Below, in pieces: positions 18,037-28,216 of a stretch of 32,000 bases of DNA. Location of the stretch: positions 1 to 32,000 of the forward strand of contig NC_006139.1 in NCBI RefSeq assembly GCF_000025945.1. The letters run 5' to 3'. This DNA comes from Desulfotalea psychrophila LSv54 (GTDB taxonomy: Bacteria > Desulfobacterota > Desulfobulbia > Desulfobulbales > Desulfocapsaceae). The translations under genes were made by a program, and so were the position numbers. The notes below the pieces were generated by a model. The model ran no database searches. It worked only from the letters and a program-made list of their open reading frames with translations, and had not been told where the DNA came from. Numbering within the stretch: the stretch's first letter is position 1; every line of letters starts with the position of its first letter.

Positions 18037-19246
18037 ATTATTCTTTAAAACCTTTCCCTTTTTATTAGTTTTAATATTGCTAACACCAACGTGCGTTCAC
18101 GCTACTGACATCAACAACAGCCTAATTAATTTTATTCAGCAAACAGTTTCCATCTTCGCTACAAATGCAGAGATCGTTGGAAACAGAATGGAGATTTTGG
18201 CACTAGATATATTCCAACTTCTCTTACTAGCCGAGGTAATATGGCTTGGATTAAGAATGGCTTTAAAGATATCTGATTTTAAAGATACTGTTATTGAATT
18301 TGTTAAAGTCTTATTAGTCGCAAGCCTAGTTCTCTATATCATAAAAAACCATGCGGAATGGATCAACGCCCTATCTTACGGCTTAACTGCATCCTATGAT
18401 GGCAGTCTTGCAAGCTCCACGTCACAATCTCCAGAAACAGTCGTTCTTAATGCTATTTTTATATATATAGAGGCGCTTTTGAATAAGTTACATATCACTA
18501 GCCCGATAGACGCAACTTTCATTTTACTTGGCGTATTGGTTATTGCTATCTGTGCTGCATTTATAACGGTAACAATCGTATGCATATTAATTGAAGCGTA
18601 TTTTGTTTTAAATATTTCAGTTATTCTATTGGGCTTTGGTGCATTAAAATTTACACGCGAGTTTACCTGGAATTACCTTAAATACATTTTGTCAGTAGGG
18701 CTTAAACTGCTGACAATTAAAGTTTTAGCCAATTTCATAAGCTCATTCTTTGCAAGCGCCCACAACCCTCTCGCTGTGCCGGCAGGAGATATTGGCATAC
18801 AGTATATGATCCATGCCATTATCTGCATGGTTGTCATAACAGGCATTTTCAAAACTATCCCCACGACTGTAGCTAGTTTTGTAACAAATGCAGGAATAGG
18901 TTCCAACCCAATCGGTGCTGTTGTTGCCACTGTGGCGGGTGTTGCAGCTACAGGAAAAATGGCTGGCGCTAGTTCCAAAAAAGCTGGGGCAGTTGCTGCA
19001 GCAGCAGGAATGGTGAGCGGGGGCGTTGGAACAGCGGCAATGGCAGCTGGAAAAATGGCTGCTACGGCCACTGTTGGTTCCAAAATGGCTGGTGCTGGTC
19101 AAGCTGCTGCGTCTTTAGGAAAAGGCATAAATAGTGCTGGTCAAGCAGCTAAGACAGCAGGATCAATAACAGGATCAGTACTCAAGGGAAATGCTGGTGA
19201 AGTAAAGAGCAAAGCATCTGAGATTATCAATAAGATGAAGAAATAA
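17798..19246 (+). CDS. trbL: TrbL/VirB6 membrane channel protein (true start probably near 18017)
   Basis: Multi-TM protein with 'INFKLFFKTFPFLLVLILLTPTCVHATDINN' signal and Ala/Gly-rich C-terminus. The first ~73 residues lie antisense to the lipoprotein ORF and look spurious. Confidence 0.75.
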   Translation: MDTSIMLLSNRCPLAISSGVSKSLPLATLSFPASSKISLKRANCVSTTLEYAPTRSLTSSSGLQPTTHSKRTENNAINFKLFFKTFPFLLVLILLTPTCVHATDINNSLINFIQQTVSIFATNAEIVGNRMEILALDIFQLLLLAEVIWLGLRMALKISDFKDTVIEFVKVLLVASLVLYIIKNHAEWINALSYGLTASYDGSLASSTSQSPETVVLNAIFIYIEALLNKLHITSPIDATFILLGVLVIAICAAFITVTIVCILIEAYFVLNISVILLGFGALKFTREFTWNYLKYILSVGLKLLTIKVLANFISSFFASAHNPLAVPAGDIGIQYMIHAIICMVVITGIFKTIPTTVASFVTNAGIGSNPIGAVVATVAGVAATGKMAGASSKKAGAVAAAAGMVSGGVGTAAMAAGKMAATATVGSKMAGAGQAAASLGKGINSAGQAAKTAGSITGSVLKGNAGEVKSKASEIINKMKK

Positions 19247-19287
19247 AAATATACTAGTTATTAAGAATTGAAGGGGAGCGTTAAACA

Positions 19288-19953
19288 ATGTCAGAAAAAG
19301 GCACTATGTCGAATCCGTACTTAATTGGTCGTCAAGCATGGGCCGAGGAAAACGGATCAATTATCAATAGTCGTAACAACTGGCGATCCTGCGGCTTTAT
19401 AGCACTTGCCCTCCTGTCTTTTAGTTTATTTATAAACTATTACCAAGCGACACAAGCAAAACTTATACCATACCTGCTAGAGGTAGATAAGGCTGGAAAC
19501 ATGTATGCAAGAGGTGTTGCCCATACATACACTAAATTACCCAGATCGGTTATTGAGGGCAGCATTATCTCCTTTATTACCGAATGGAGAACAGTCTCAG
19601 CAGACCTTGGTTTACAGAAAAAATATGTCCAACAAACCAATTACAGATCAGCAGGATCTGCAACAGGGATTTTGGGAGAATGGTATTCCGAGAACAACCC
19701 TTATAAACTAGCCGAAACCAATCTTGTCGATATTAAAATACAAGGTGTTCCGCTAGTTATTTCAAAAAACTCTTGGCAAATTGAATGGATCGAAACCACC
19801 AGAAATCATAATGGTGTTACTCAATATACAACCATTTACCAAGCCAACGTGCAAATACAACTAAAGGCACCAACCACCGAGAGAGAAGTTTTAAAAAACG
19901 CCACTGGTGTTTTCGTGACAAGTCTTTCTTGGACTAAAAAACTAAATCAATAA
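19288..19953 (+). CDS. trbF: TrbF/VirB8
   Basis: 221 aa, one TM, 'NPYLIGRQAWAEENGSIINSRNNWR', 'KLPRSVIEGSIISFITEWRTVSADLGLQKK'. Confidence 0.8.
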   Translation: MSEKGTMSNPYLIGRQAWAEENGSIINSRNNWRSCGFIALALLSFSLFINYYQATQAKLIPYLLEVDKAGNMYARGVAHTYTKLPRSVIEGSIISFITEWRTVSADLGLQKKYVQQTNYRSAGSATGILGEWYSENNPYKLAETNLVDIKIQGVPLVISKNSWQIEWIETTRNHNGVTQYTTIYQANVQIQLKAPTTEREVLKNATGVFVTSLSWTKKLNQ

Positions 19954-19962
19954 AAAAATAAC

Positions 19963-20949
19963 ATGAAAAAGATCACATCATTTTTAAGACAGATAGGGTG
20001 CTATAGTGTCCTGGCTACAGCTTTAACTTTCCACGTAACAGCTGCACTTGCTGTTACACCAGAACAAAAACAAACTCCAATAGCACAAGCTTCGACCACG
20101 GACGAAACAAAGCCCATAAGAATAGTGAGGATTCAAGCACCTGACACGATAAGTAATCGTTCCCTACCCAAATTTACAAGCCAGCGCTCTGCGACTCTAA
20201 CATCTCAAGAAAAAGAGGCTCTTAGATTAGCCAAAAACTGGAACAGGAAAACATTAAAACCAATCATGAAAAATGGTGGTCGGGTTTCTTATGTCTACGG
20301 CGCAATCATCCCGACAATCATTTGCACGCCCTTTAAAATTGCAGATCTTGAGCTTGAAAAAGGGGAAATTGTAAACAACATTTTATTAGGTGACACAGCT
20401 AGATGGGACGCGGAGCTAGTACTAGCTGGCACAGGTGCAGATGCAACCCCACACATCACCTTTAAGGCCATAGACTCAGGTCTTGAGACATCAGCAATTA
20501 TTGGAACTAACAGGCGAGCTTATCACTTAAACCTGAAATCAGATAAAAAAAAGCACACTCCATATTCAGGCTTTATTTATGCTAAACCAACCAAAAAAAT
20601 TCTTGCCTCAATTCAACATAAACTGGAAGACAAAGTAGAACGCAACAAAACCGCCGAAGGTTTTGATATATCACAATTAGATTTTAAATATTCAATTGAA
20701 GGAAAAGCGTCTTGGCGACCTGTGCAGGTTTATAGCAATGGCCTTAAAACTTATATAAAAATGCCTAAAAGTATAAATCAAGTTGAATTGCCTGTTTTGA
20801 TGGTTGCGACCCCAGAAGGAAATGGCCTCGTAAATTACAGAGTTAAAAATGATACATTCATTATTGACCAGCTATTTAAAAAAGCTGTGCTTATTGCAGG
20901 AGTTGGTAGCAAACAAGAAAAGGTTTCAATTAAACGAGGTGAAAAATAA
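19963..20949 (+). CDS. trbG: TrbG/VirB9
   Basis: 328 aa with signal peptide. 'RVSYVYGAIIPTIICTPFKIADLELEKGEIVNNILLGDTARWDAELVLAG'. Confidence 0.9.
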   Translation: MKKITSFLRQIGCYSVLATALTFHVTAALAVTPEQKQTPIAQASTTDETKPIRIVRIQAPDTISNRSLPKFTSQRSATLTSQEKEALRLAKNWNRKTLKPIMKNGGRVSYVYGAIIPTIICTPFKIADLELEKGEIVNNILLGDTARWDAELVLAGTGADATPHITFKAIDSGLETSAIIGTNRRAYHLNLKSDKKKHTPYSGFIYAKPTKKILASIQHKLEDKVERNKTAEGFDISQLDFKYSIEGKASWRPVQVYSNGLKTYIKMPKSINQVELPVLMVATPEGNGLVNYRVKNDTFIIDQLFKKAVLIAGVGSKQEKVSIKRGEK

Positions 20950-21387
20950 ATGGAATTGATTAAAAACAAAATTTGTGAAATATTATTCATCCTTTCTCTT
21001 TTGCTACTAACTAGTTGTGCAAAACAAGGCAACACTTCGTTTGCCCTCAGCAATTCTCCTTTTTATAATGTGATTATTGATCAGCTTAGTGAAACATATG
21101 TTCCTGCAAGAACAACCCTCTACTTTATTAAGTCAAAAAATAAACATTTTGCCGAAGCGCTGGAAGATTCGGCAAGAAAAGCTGGCTTCGGCATAAGTCA
21201 AACAGAAAAAGGGGCCATAAGCGTAAAATACATTATCGATAGAATAAATTCCAATAAAGAAGAAATCGAGGTTGGCTACATATTTATCGAAACATCAACA
21301 GGCTTGCGGTTTACTCGTAAATATGCCCATGAGGCAGGTTCTAACCTGTACACTCTCGACTATATATCAACTGAAGGGCAACTATAA
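20950..21387 (+). CDS. trbH: TrbH/VirB7-like lipoprotein
   Basis: 145 aa, lipobox 'LLLLTSCAKQ', between trbG and trbI. Confidence 0.6.
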   Translation: MELIKNKICEILFILSLLLLTSCAKQGNTSFALSNSPFYNVIIDQLSETYVPARTTLYFIKSKNKHFAEALEDSARKAGFGISQTEKGAISVKYIIDRINSNKEEIEVGYIFIETSTGLRFTRKYAHEAGSNLYTLDYISTEGQL

Positions 21388-22635
21388 ATGAGTGACAACC
21401 CAACTGGCCTCAAGCCTACGCCACAAGGCACTTGGCTTAGTAAAAAACCACTTTTTTTTGCTGCTACTGTTGGAGCCATAATGCTTCTCATTATGCTGTA
21501 CTCCATCAACGGAAACAAAAAAGTAGAGCGCGAGGCCGAGCAATCTGTAGTTACGATTGAAACAACAGAAGAGCAAACAAAAGCAGATTACGGGGTAGCG
21601 TCATTACCTACCCCACCAAACGAAGCGGGAACAATCAGGGCTGCTAAATCTACAGCTGCACCACTGTTACCAGCAAAACCGATAACCGTTATAACCCAGA
21701 GACAAAAAACACAGGTCGAAATTCAGCATGAAAAAGAACTGGCAAAAGTTAGAGAGTGGAAGATTACCAATCAACTCAAGGCACTTAATTCTCCGCTGAT
21801 CGAGAAAAAAATAACAGGAAATGAATCAAATTTCAGCTCAACTCTTCCATCTACTCCATCGGCCTCGACCTCGGGTGGTGGCGGTGCTAATGCAAGATTT
21901 GACCAGTTAAAAAATCAGCTTGCGAAAGTGCAGAATGGTTCGGCAACACCTGCTCAACCACTAAAAAGCTCATCGGGTTTAACCTCAAAACCATCACAAT
22001 GGACATCTCAGTATACGAGGGAGGCAGGAGCACAATTTGAGCTAAAAACAGGTACGGTAATCCCCGCCCTAATGCTCACTGGTATCAACTCGCAACTTGC
22101 CGGCGAAATTACGGGCCAGGTATCGCAAAATATTTACGACACGGCCACAGGCCAGTATCTCATAATCCCCCAGGGAACCAGGATTTCCGGCAACTACGCT
22201 TCCGATGTCCAGGTGGGCCAGGAACGACTTTTCGTCGTTTGGAAAAGACTCGTCTTCCCTGACGGCTCAAGCGTTACCCTCGACGGCTTACAGGGCGTTG
22301 ACTATGCGGGATACACTGGACTTAAAGATCAAGTTGACAATCATTATGCCAAGATTTTTGGCAATGCCATTGTTATGTCGCTTATCACCGGGGGATCGGC
22401 ATATGCCATTGATAGCCTAAATGATAATGGAAACAACGATGACCGTAATCGTCGCATCACTATACAGAGCGAGCTTGGAACAGCAGTAGCAACTCAACTC
22501 AGCCAAACGGGTTTGGCATTGTTACAGCGCAATATGAACATTGCGCCCACTATCAAGATTCGACCCGGGTACCGCTTTAATGTGATGGTTGTAAAAGACA
22601 TGGTTTTCGATGAACCCTACGAGGGATGGAGATAG
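21388..22635 (+). CDS. trbI: TrbI/VirB10
   Basis: 415 aa. N-terminal TM. 'LKTGTVIPALMLTGINSQLAGEITGQVSQNIYDTATGQYLIIPQGTRISGNYASDVQVGQERLFVVW'. Confidence 0.95.
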   Translation: MSDNPTGLKPTPQGTWLSKKPLFFAATVGAIMLLIMLYSINGNKKVEREAEQSVVTIETTEEQTKADYGVASLPTPPNEAGTIRAAKSTAAPLLPAKPITVITQRQKTQVEIQHEKELAKVREWKITNQLKALNSPLIEKKITGNESNFSSTLPSTPSASTSGGGGANARFDQLKNQLAKVQNGSATPAQPLKSSSGLTSKPSQWTSQYTREAGAQFELKTGTVIPALMLTGINSQLAGEITGQVSQNIYDTATGQYLIIPQGTRISGNYASDVQVGQERLFVVWKRLVFPDGSSVTLDGLQGVDYAGYTGLKDQVDNHYAKIFGNAIVMSLITGGSAYAIDSLNDNGNNDDRNRRITIQSELGTAVATQLSQTGLALLQRNMNIAPTIKIRPGYRFNVMVVKDMVFDEPYEGWR

Positions 22636-22639
22636 AGAA

Positions 22640-22900
22640 ATGGAACTAGATAAATTTGCTGAGTGGGCCACGGTACGAGGAATGGCGCTGGAAGATTATA
22701 TTCCCTTCCTTGTGGATGCTGCAAAAAAAGTTAAAGAGAACCTTGCTGCTTACCCAGAAAGCAGCGTGGAAATTGACCCTGATATAGCTGAATATTTAGA
22801 GATCGAAAACTGGGGCCAAGAGGTCACTCCTGAAGAAATGGACGCATACATGGGATCCACCCTTGATGCCAATCTCCATGAATCTGAAGGAGAAGACTAA
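22640..22900 (+). CDS. Small acidic hypothetical protein
   Basis: Internal ATG at 22640 with GGAGATAGAG upstream; 'MELDKFAEWATVRGMALEDYIPFLVDAAKKV'. Confidence 0.5.
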   Translation: MELDKFAEWATVRGMALEDYIPFLVDAAKKVKENLAAYPESSVEIDPDIAEYLEIENWGQEVTPEEMDAYMGSTLDANLHESEGED

Positions 22901-24981
22901 TGGTCAAAGAGAAAAAAGACTATCCTGCAGAATTTGCAGAATCAATCTTAAAGGCGATAAAGGAAGGCACTGCTCCGTGGCAAAAGCCCTGGGCACCTGT
23001 GCCAGTAGAGTTCCCCAAGAACCCTATTTCCCAGACCACCTACAAGGGGTCTAACATCCTTGGCCTTGTCATGCCAGGATACAATGATCCTCGATGGATG
23101 ACCTATAAACAGGCCAAAGAACAAGATGCACAGGTGAGAAAGGGTGAAAAATCCACCAAAATCACCTTTTATAGTCCTTTTCGTTTAATAGACAAGCTTG
23201 ACGAAAACAAAAAACCTCTTCTTAACGATGAAGGCAAGCCCATAAAAATCAAAATAAACAAACCTGTTTTGAATATTTTTAGTGTTTTTAACGCTACCCA
23301 GATAGAGGGGCTGAAGGAGTATAAACAAGATAGTCCGACGTGGAAGCCCGTAGAGCTTGCCGAAAAAATACTTAAAAACTCAGGGGCTAAAATTGTCCAC
23401 TCAACAAGGGATAGGGCTTTTTATCGACCTGCAACGGATATAATCCAGCTGCCACCCAAGGAAAATTTTAAAACGTCCGAACAATACTATTCTGCTGCGA
23501 TCCACGAGCTGGCGCACTGGACAATGGGCAAGGGACGAGTTGAACGAGAGGCAGGGCCTCAAGGCACAGAGGAGTATGCCAAAGAAGAGTTACGTGCCGA
23601 AATCGCGTCCTGGATGATCAACACAGAAATTGGGGTAGGTCACGACCCAACCAACCATAAGTCCTATACAGCTGGTTGGGCAAAGGCTATTGAAGATTCC
23701 CCACAAGAAATTTTTTCAGCTGCAAACGATGCTGAAAAAATAAAGGCTTTTATAATGGGCTTCAAGCTTGAACAGAAAGCCTCACTCGTTAAAGAAAGAA
23801 CAATGGAAACAGAGAACAAAGCAGCTCCGAACCTCGAAACAAAATCAGCTCACTTGGCTCAAGAAAAAACATTTTTAAATGTTCCGTTTCGAGAGAAAAA
23901 TCTTGCCAAAAAAGCTGGCGCTAAATGGGACTCCAAACAAAAGAGTTGGTTTGCCCCGGCAGGCACCGATCTGGCGCCACTGCAAAATTGGTTAAGCAAC
24001 AACACCCCTCACCAACCAACTACTTCCACCCCGGAACAAGAGTTTGCTGACGCCCTAACAGAGGCTGGTTTTGATCTAAAAGGCACTCTGCCTGTAATGG
24101 ACGGGAAAATGAAAAGAGCGAAGCTTTTTGACGGGAAGGCTGGCTCCCTCGACGGGGCCTATGTTGGTTATCTTGATAGCAGACCCGCGGGTTTCATCGA
24201 AAACCATAAAACTGGCGAGAAGAGAAATTGGAAATCTACAGGCCATGAAGTTTCGCCCCAGGAACGGCAAAACATAAAAGAGCGTGCCGTTAGACAAAAA
24301 AAAGAGAGGGAAGCCGAACGTGATGCAACCCATAAAAAGGTTGCTCAAAAAGCGGCCTATGTCTGGGGAAAATGCAGCCCCGCTCCATCCTCTCACCCAT
24401 ACCTTGAAAGAAAAAAAATAAGCGGTGAAGAACTAAAGATAACCAATACAAATAACCTGCTCATTCCCTTACAAAACACATCTGGAGAGATACAAACCCT
24501 TCAATTCATTTTACCCAATGGTGAAAAGAAGCTCCTTGCAGGAGGAAAACTTGAAGGTTCTTTCTGCAAAATAGGCCAAGAACACGAAAAAGAGAACGAT
24601 CCTATTATGTTAGCTGAAGGCTATTCTACGGGTAAGAGCATTTCTACAGCAGCCCAAAAGCCATGTTATATTTGTTGCAGCTCGAACAACCTTGAGACCG
24701 TGGCTAAAGCCTTACACGCAAAGTTTCCAGATAAAGATATCGTGATTTATGCAGATAATGACCACGCTCAAGAAAAAGCCAAGGGTCTTAACCCTGGTAT
24801 TGAAAAAGCAACAGCAGCAGCTAAGGCCGTGGGCGGTAAAGTGATCATTCCTAAATTTTCCAGCGAGGAAAAAGAACGGGGTTTTACAGATTTTAACGAT
24901 TTAGCACAAGCCTGGGGAACAAAACATGTGGCCCGTAAAATACACTTGGTTTTAGCCAAAGAAGCGGAACTTGAAAGATGA
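22900..24981 (+). CDS. traC: ArdC-like N-domain / zincin metallopeptidase / DUF5710-like / TOPRIM primase (TraC-like)
   Basis: 693 aa. 'GTAPWQKPWAP', 'TTYKGSNILGL', 'HELAHWT' (HExxH), 'TFLNVPFREKNLAKKAGAKWDSKQKSWFAP', 'KLEGSFCKIG', 'DKDIVIYADNDHAQEKA'. Confidence 0.85.
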   Translation: MVKEKKDYPAEFAESILKAIKEGTAPWQKPWAPVPVEFPKNPISQTTYKGSNILGLVMPGYNDPRWMTYKQAKEQDAQVRKGEKSTKITFYSPFRLIDKLDENKKPLLNDEGKPIKIKINKPVLNIFSVFNATQIEGLKEYKQDSPTWKPVELAEKILKNSGAKIVHSTRDRAFYRPATDIIQLPPKENFKTSEQYYSAAIHELAHWTMGKGRVEREAGPQGTEEYAKEELRAEIASWMINTEIGVGHDPTNHKSYTAGWAKAIEDSPQEIFSAANDAEKIKAFIMGFKLEQKASLVKERTMETENKAAPNLETKSAHLAQEKTFLNVPFREKNLAKKAGAKWDSKQKSWFAPAGTDLAPLQNWLSNNTPHQPTTSTPEQEFADALTEAGFDLKGTLPVMDGKMKRAKLFDGKAGSLDGAYVGYLDSRPAGFIENHKTGEKRNWKSTGHEVSPQERQNIKERAVRQKKEREAERDATHKKVAQKAAYVWGKCSPAPSSHPYLERKKISGEELKITNTNNLLIPLQNTSGEIQTLQFILPNGEKKLLAGGKLEGSFCKIGQEHEKENDPIMLAEGYSTGKSISTAAQKPCYICCSSNNLETVAKALHAKFPDKDIVIYADNDHAQEKAKGLNPGIEKATAAAKAVGGKVIIPKFSSEEKERGFTDFNDLAQAWGTKHVARKIHLVLAKEAELER

Positions 24982-26861
24982 AGATGCCTCAGTACGGTTT
25001 AAACCGCAAAACAAAAAGCAGTAGTTATAAATACATACCCTTAATCGTTGTTTGCTTATGGTTTTTTGCTTGCTCGTTTTACTGTACTCAACAAATAGCC
25101 CTCCTATACAATTATCACCCGTACCTGGGAGGGCATGTTTATAGCAATTTGTATCTCCCCTGGAGCTGTTTCTTGTGGTTACAAGATCCAGACCTGGACC
25201 ACAACAGCATCATTAAAATCATTGATGATGGGTCATTGTATTTTGTTTTCCCATTGATACTAATGTTTTCTGTCCTGTTACTCACAGGCCGGCGTGGGAA
25301 AGGTCGTGGTGATCTACACGGAACCGCAAAATGGGCCAACAAAAAAGAGATAAAAAAGTCTGGCTTATTAGGTGGCAAAGGGGCCTATGTCGGCGGTTGG
25401 GAGGATAGAGATAGATCGACGATCTACCTTATGCACGACGGGCCAGAGCACATTCTGGCATTCGCTCCAACAAGATCAGGTAAAGGAGTTGGCCTTGTTT
25501 TACCTACCCTGTTGAGTTGGGAACACTCTGCTCTTATATTCGACATAAAAGGTGAAAATTATGCTCTTACGTCTGGATACAGAAAATCACTCGGGCAAAA
25601 AATTATCCGTTTTGAGCCTAATGATACCACCGGATCTACGGCAAAGTTTAACCCTCTCTCCGAAATACGTATAAACACTATTCACGCTACTGCGGATGCC
25701 CAGAACATCGCTAATATGATATGCGACCCTGAAGGCAAGGGACTAAGGGACTATTTTGACAGGGCTGCCGTGGCCTTTATGACGGGGCTAATCCTACATA
25801 CCGTCGCCACAAACCAAGATGGATCGCTAGCCGACTCTGTCGCTTTTATCACCGATCCTCGATGGGCCGACGATGTAAAGGATCTCTTCTCTTTCATTAT
25901 AGATGAAACTGACCATGCAAAAAAATTACTCGAGACCTACCCTGAGATGGCAGAGGACACAGCTGGCAAGCTAGAGAAGTCCATAAAATCCTACGCTGGG
26001 GAATGCCTCATAAAAGCATCAAAAGAATTATCAGGTGTTATCTCTACAGCAATATCTAATCTATCGCTGTTTAGAGATGTGATCGTTGCCGGCAACACAT
26101 CTTCCTCTGATTTTTGTTTTGACGATATAATGGATGGCGAGACCCCGTCCTCTCTCTACTTGATCATACCTCCATCTGATATTGATAGATTACAACCACT
26201 CATACGTTTGTTTTTTAATATGTTTTTAAGGCGGATCACTGAAAGAATGGAGTTTGACCAGGGTAGATCCATTGACAGCCACAAGCACCGATTATTGATT
26301 ATGTTTGATGAATTTACAAGTATAGGAAAACTAGAAATCACCCAAAAATCGTTAGCTTACATGGCAGGATACGGAATAAAATTTTATTTTATTGTCCAGG
26401 ATATTAAGTAGCTGCACGCAGCATACTCTAAGGAAGAGGCCATCATGTCAAACTGCCACATTCGGATCGCTTACGCCCCCAATGGCATTGAGACAGCAAA
26501 AACTCTTTCGGAGATGCTTGGTAAAACCACAGTTGTACAAAAGAAAACATCCATATCGGGTAAAAGATCAGGCCGGCTGTCGAACGCCAGTATGAGTATC
26601 CAGGAGGTTGCCAGAGATCTACTTACAGCTGATGAGTGCATGAGACTACCCGCCCCACTCAAGGACAGTAAAGGCAATATTCTCGAATCGGGGCACATGC
26701 TCATCTTTGTTGCCGGCGCCAATCCTATCTACGGTAAACAAATCCTCTACTTTAAAGATCCTGTTTTTCTGGAACGGGCAAAATTACCAACTCCCGAAAA
26801 TGACAGCTCATCAAAAAACCTTAGCGATATCTTCAATCAAAAACTCACCTGTGCCCAATGA
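24978..26861 (+). CDS. traG: TraG/VirD4 coupling protein, interrupted by in-frame TAG at 26409-26411
   Basis: 'LAFAPTRSGKGVGLVLPTLLSWEHSALIFDIKGENY', 'LLIMFDEFTSIGKLE'. After TAG the same frame continues 'LHAAYSKEEAIMSNCHIRIAYAPNGIETAKTLSEMLGKTTVV'. Confidence 0.9.
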
Positions 26862-27307
26862 AAAAACTTATCTTCTTCTGCCTTAGCATCCTCTTGATCA
26901 TTTTTATAGGCAATGAATTTTGTTACATCAACATAACAAAATCACTACCTCTGGGAATATACAGAACGATTAAGAGCCCACCCACATACGGCTCCTGCGT
27001 AGTTTTCAAATTACCTGAAGACAACCCCATGGCAGAGCTTGCTATAAGAAGAGGATACGCAAAAGAAGACCAGCCCTTCCTGAAGAGGGTAGCTTACCTG
27101 GAAGGCGATTCTTACAACCTTCCTGAAACAGAGGAGTTTGATTCAAGGGGCCGAAAAATGGAACCCTTCAAACCGTCTTCTGGTTATGTAGCCAAGGGAA
27201 TGATCGTGGTGCGGGGTGATTCTTCAACCAGTTTTGATTCAAGGTATTTTGGTCCCATCTATGCGAAAAACATCGAGGCGATAGTTAAGCCTCTTTTGAC
27301 ATGGTAA
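26858..27307 (+). CDS. traF: TraF-like S26 family peptidase
   Basis: 149 aa. 'NITKSLPLGIYRT' (catalytic Ser), 'FLKRVAYLEGDSY' (Lys), 'GMIVVRGDSSTSFDSRYFGPI'. Confidence 0.85.
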   Translation: MKKLIFFCLSILLIIFIGNEFCYINITKSLPLGIYRTIKSPPTYGSCVVFKLPEDNPMAELAIRRGYAKEDQPFLKRVAYLEGDSYNLPETEEFDSRGRKMEPFKPSSGYVAKGMIVVRGDSSTSFDSRYFGPIYAKNIEAIVKPLLTW

Positions 27308-27376
27308 CAAAACTATTTCTTTGATCTTGAGTGCAGACAAAGAAATGAACACTTCAAAAACAACTACAGAGAAAAA

Positions 27377-27667
27377 ATGAAAAAATTTTTAGTTGCCCTT
27401 TTTGCTTTTTACTTACTATCCACAACCACAGCTCAGGCATTAACGACTGAGCAAACCCTTGCCTGTGAGGCTATAATGTGTCTCTCCACCGAAGAACGAC
27501 CTGTAGAATGTGGGGCATCTGTTGCTCACTATTTTTCAATCCAGCGGGGGTTTCCAACGAAAACAACTAGGGCCAGGAAGGCTTTTTTAAATCAATGTCC
27601 AACTGCCAGTGAAACAGGAATGCCGACAATAGTTTCCTCCATCCTTGCAAATGCTAAGAAACTATAA
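27377..27667 (+). CDS. trbM: TrbM-like protein
   Basis: 96 aa. 'ACEAIMCLSTEERPVECGASVAHYFSIQRGFPTKTTRARKAFLNQCP'. Confidence 0.65.
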   Translation: MKKFLVALFAFYLLSTTTAQALTTEQTLACEAIMCLSTEERPVECGASVAHYFSIQRGFPTKTTRARKAFLNQCPTASETGMPTIVSSILANAKKL

Positions 27668-27805
27668 TCGCCAACAGTCATGTCATACATTAGGCTTGTT
27701 GACATAAAAAAGCCCTCCTTGGAACAGACCAAAGAGGGCAGAACAACAATCCAACCAAAAAATCTTGAAATATCACCAGTGGGATCATAAAACAGCAAAC
27801 CCCAA

Positions 27806-28123
27806 TTAATTGCTAATGTCAACAACAAGATAGCAAACTACAATAGTCAAAATTTCTTCCACAAGTAACAGAAAAAACGGCGCTGCAGGATGCCTTTTTC
27901 GCCCTGGTACTACCTCTCCATCTCTGAACCAAAATATCTTTTCATTCGACAGACAAACTGATTCCAGGTTCTCGCATTTTGATATTTTTCTCTTTGGTGT
28001 TGATAAAGGCTTCGTTGTTTCTCTTTTTTCAAATTCAACGAACTTTTTTTCCAAAGAAGCTTTTGAAAATTCACGCCCTAAGCTGCTGGCCTTGATGTGT
28101 TTTTGCTTTACCGATCCGATCAC
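27806..28123 (-). pseudogene. C-terminal fragment, possibly of a relaxase/mobilization protein
   Basis: 'QKHIKASSLGREFSKASLEKKFVEFEKRE' resembles relaxase/TraI C-terminal tails. A stop and tRNA-like sequence lie immediately upstream. Confidence 0.35.
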
Positions 28124-28130
28124 AACCGTT

Positions 28131-28177
28131 GCCTGCTAAACAGAGGGTCAGGCGTTCGAATCGCCTCGGGATAACCA
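28131..28177 (+). tRNA. tRNA 3'-end-like fragment (att remnant candidate)
   Basis: AGGCG-TTCGAAT-CGCCT T-arm, then CGGGATAACCA. No intact 5' half. Confidence 0.5.
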
Positions 28178-28184
28178 TACATAT

Positions 28185-28216
28185 AAGGCACTTACGGCTC
28201 ACGCTGTAAGTGCCTT
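28185..28216 (+). terminator. Rho-independent terminator
   Basis: 11-bp perfect stem AAGGCACTTAC / GTAAGTGCCTT followed by TTTT. Confidence 0.8.

Noticed and set aside
18673-19102. 119- and 136-aa minus-strand ORFs.
   Set aside because: Antisense to the Ala/Gly-rich C-terminal part of trbL; composition-driven.
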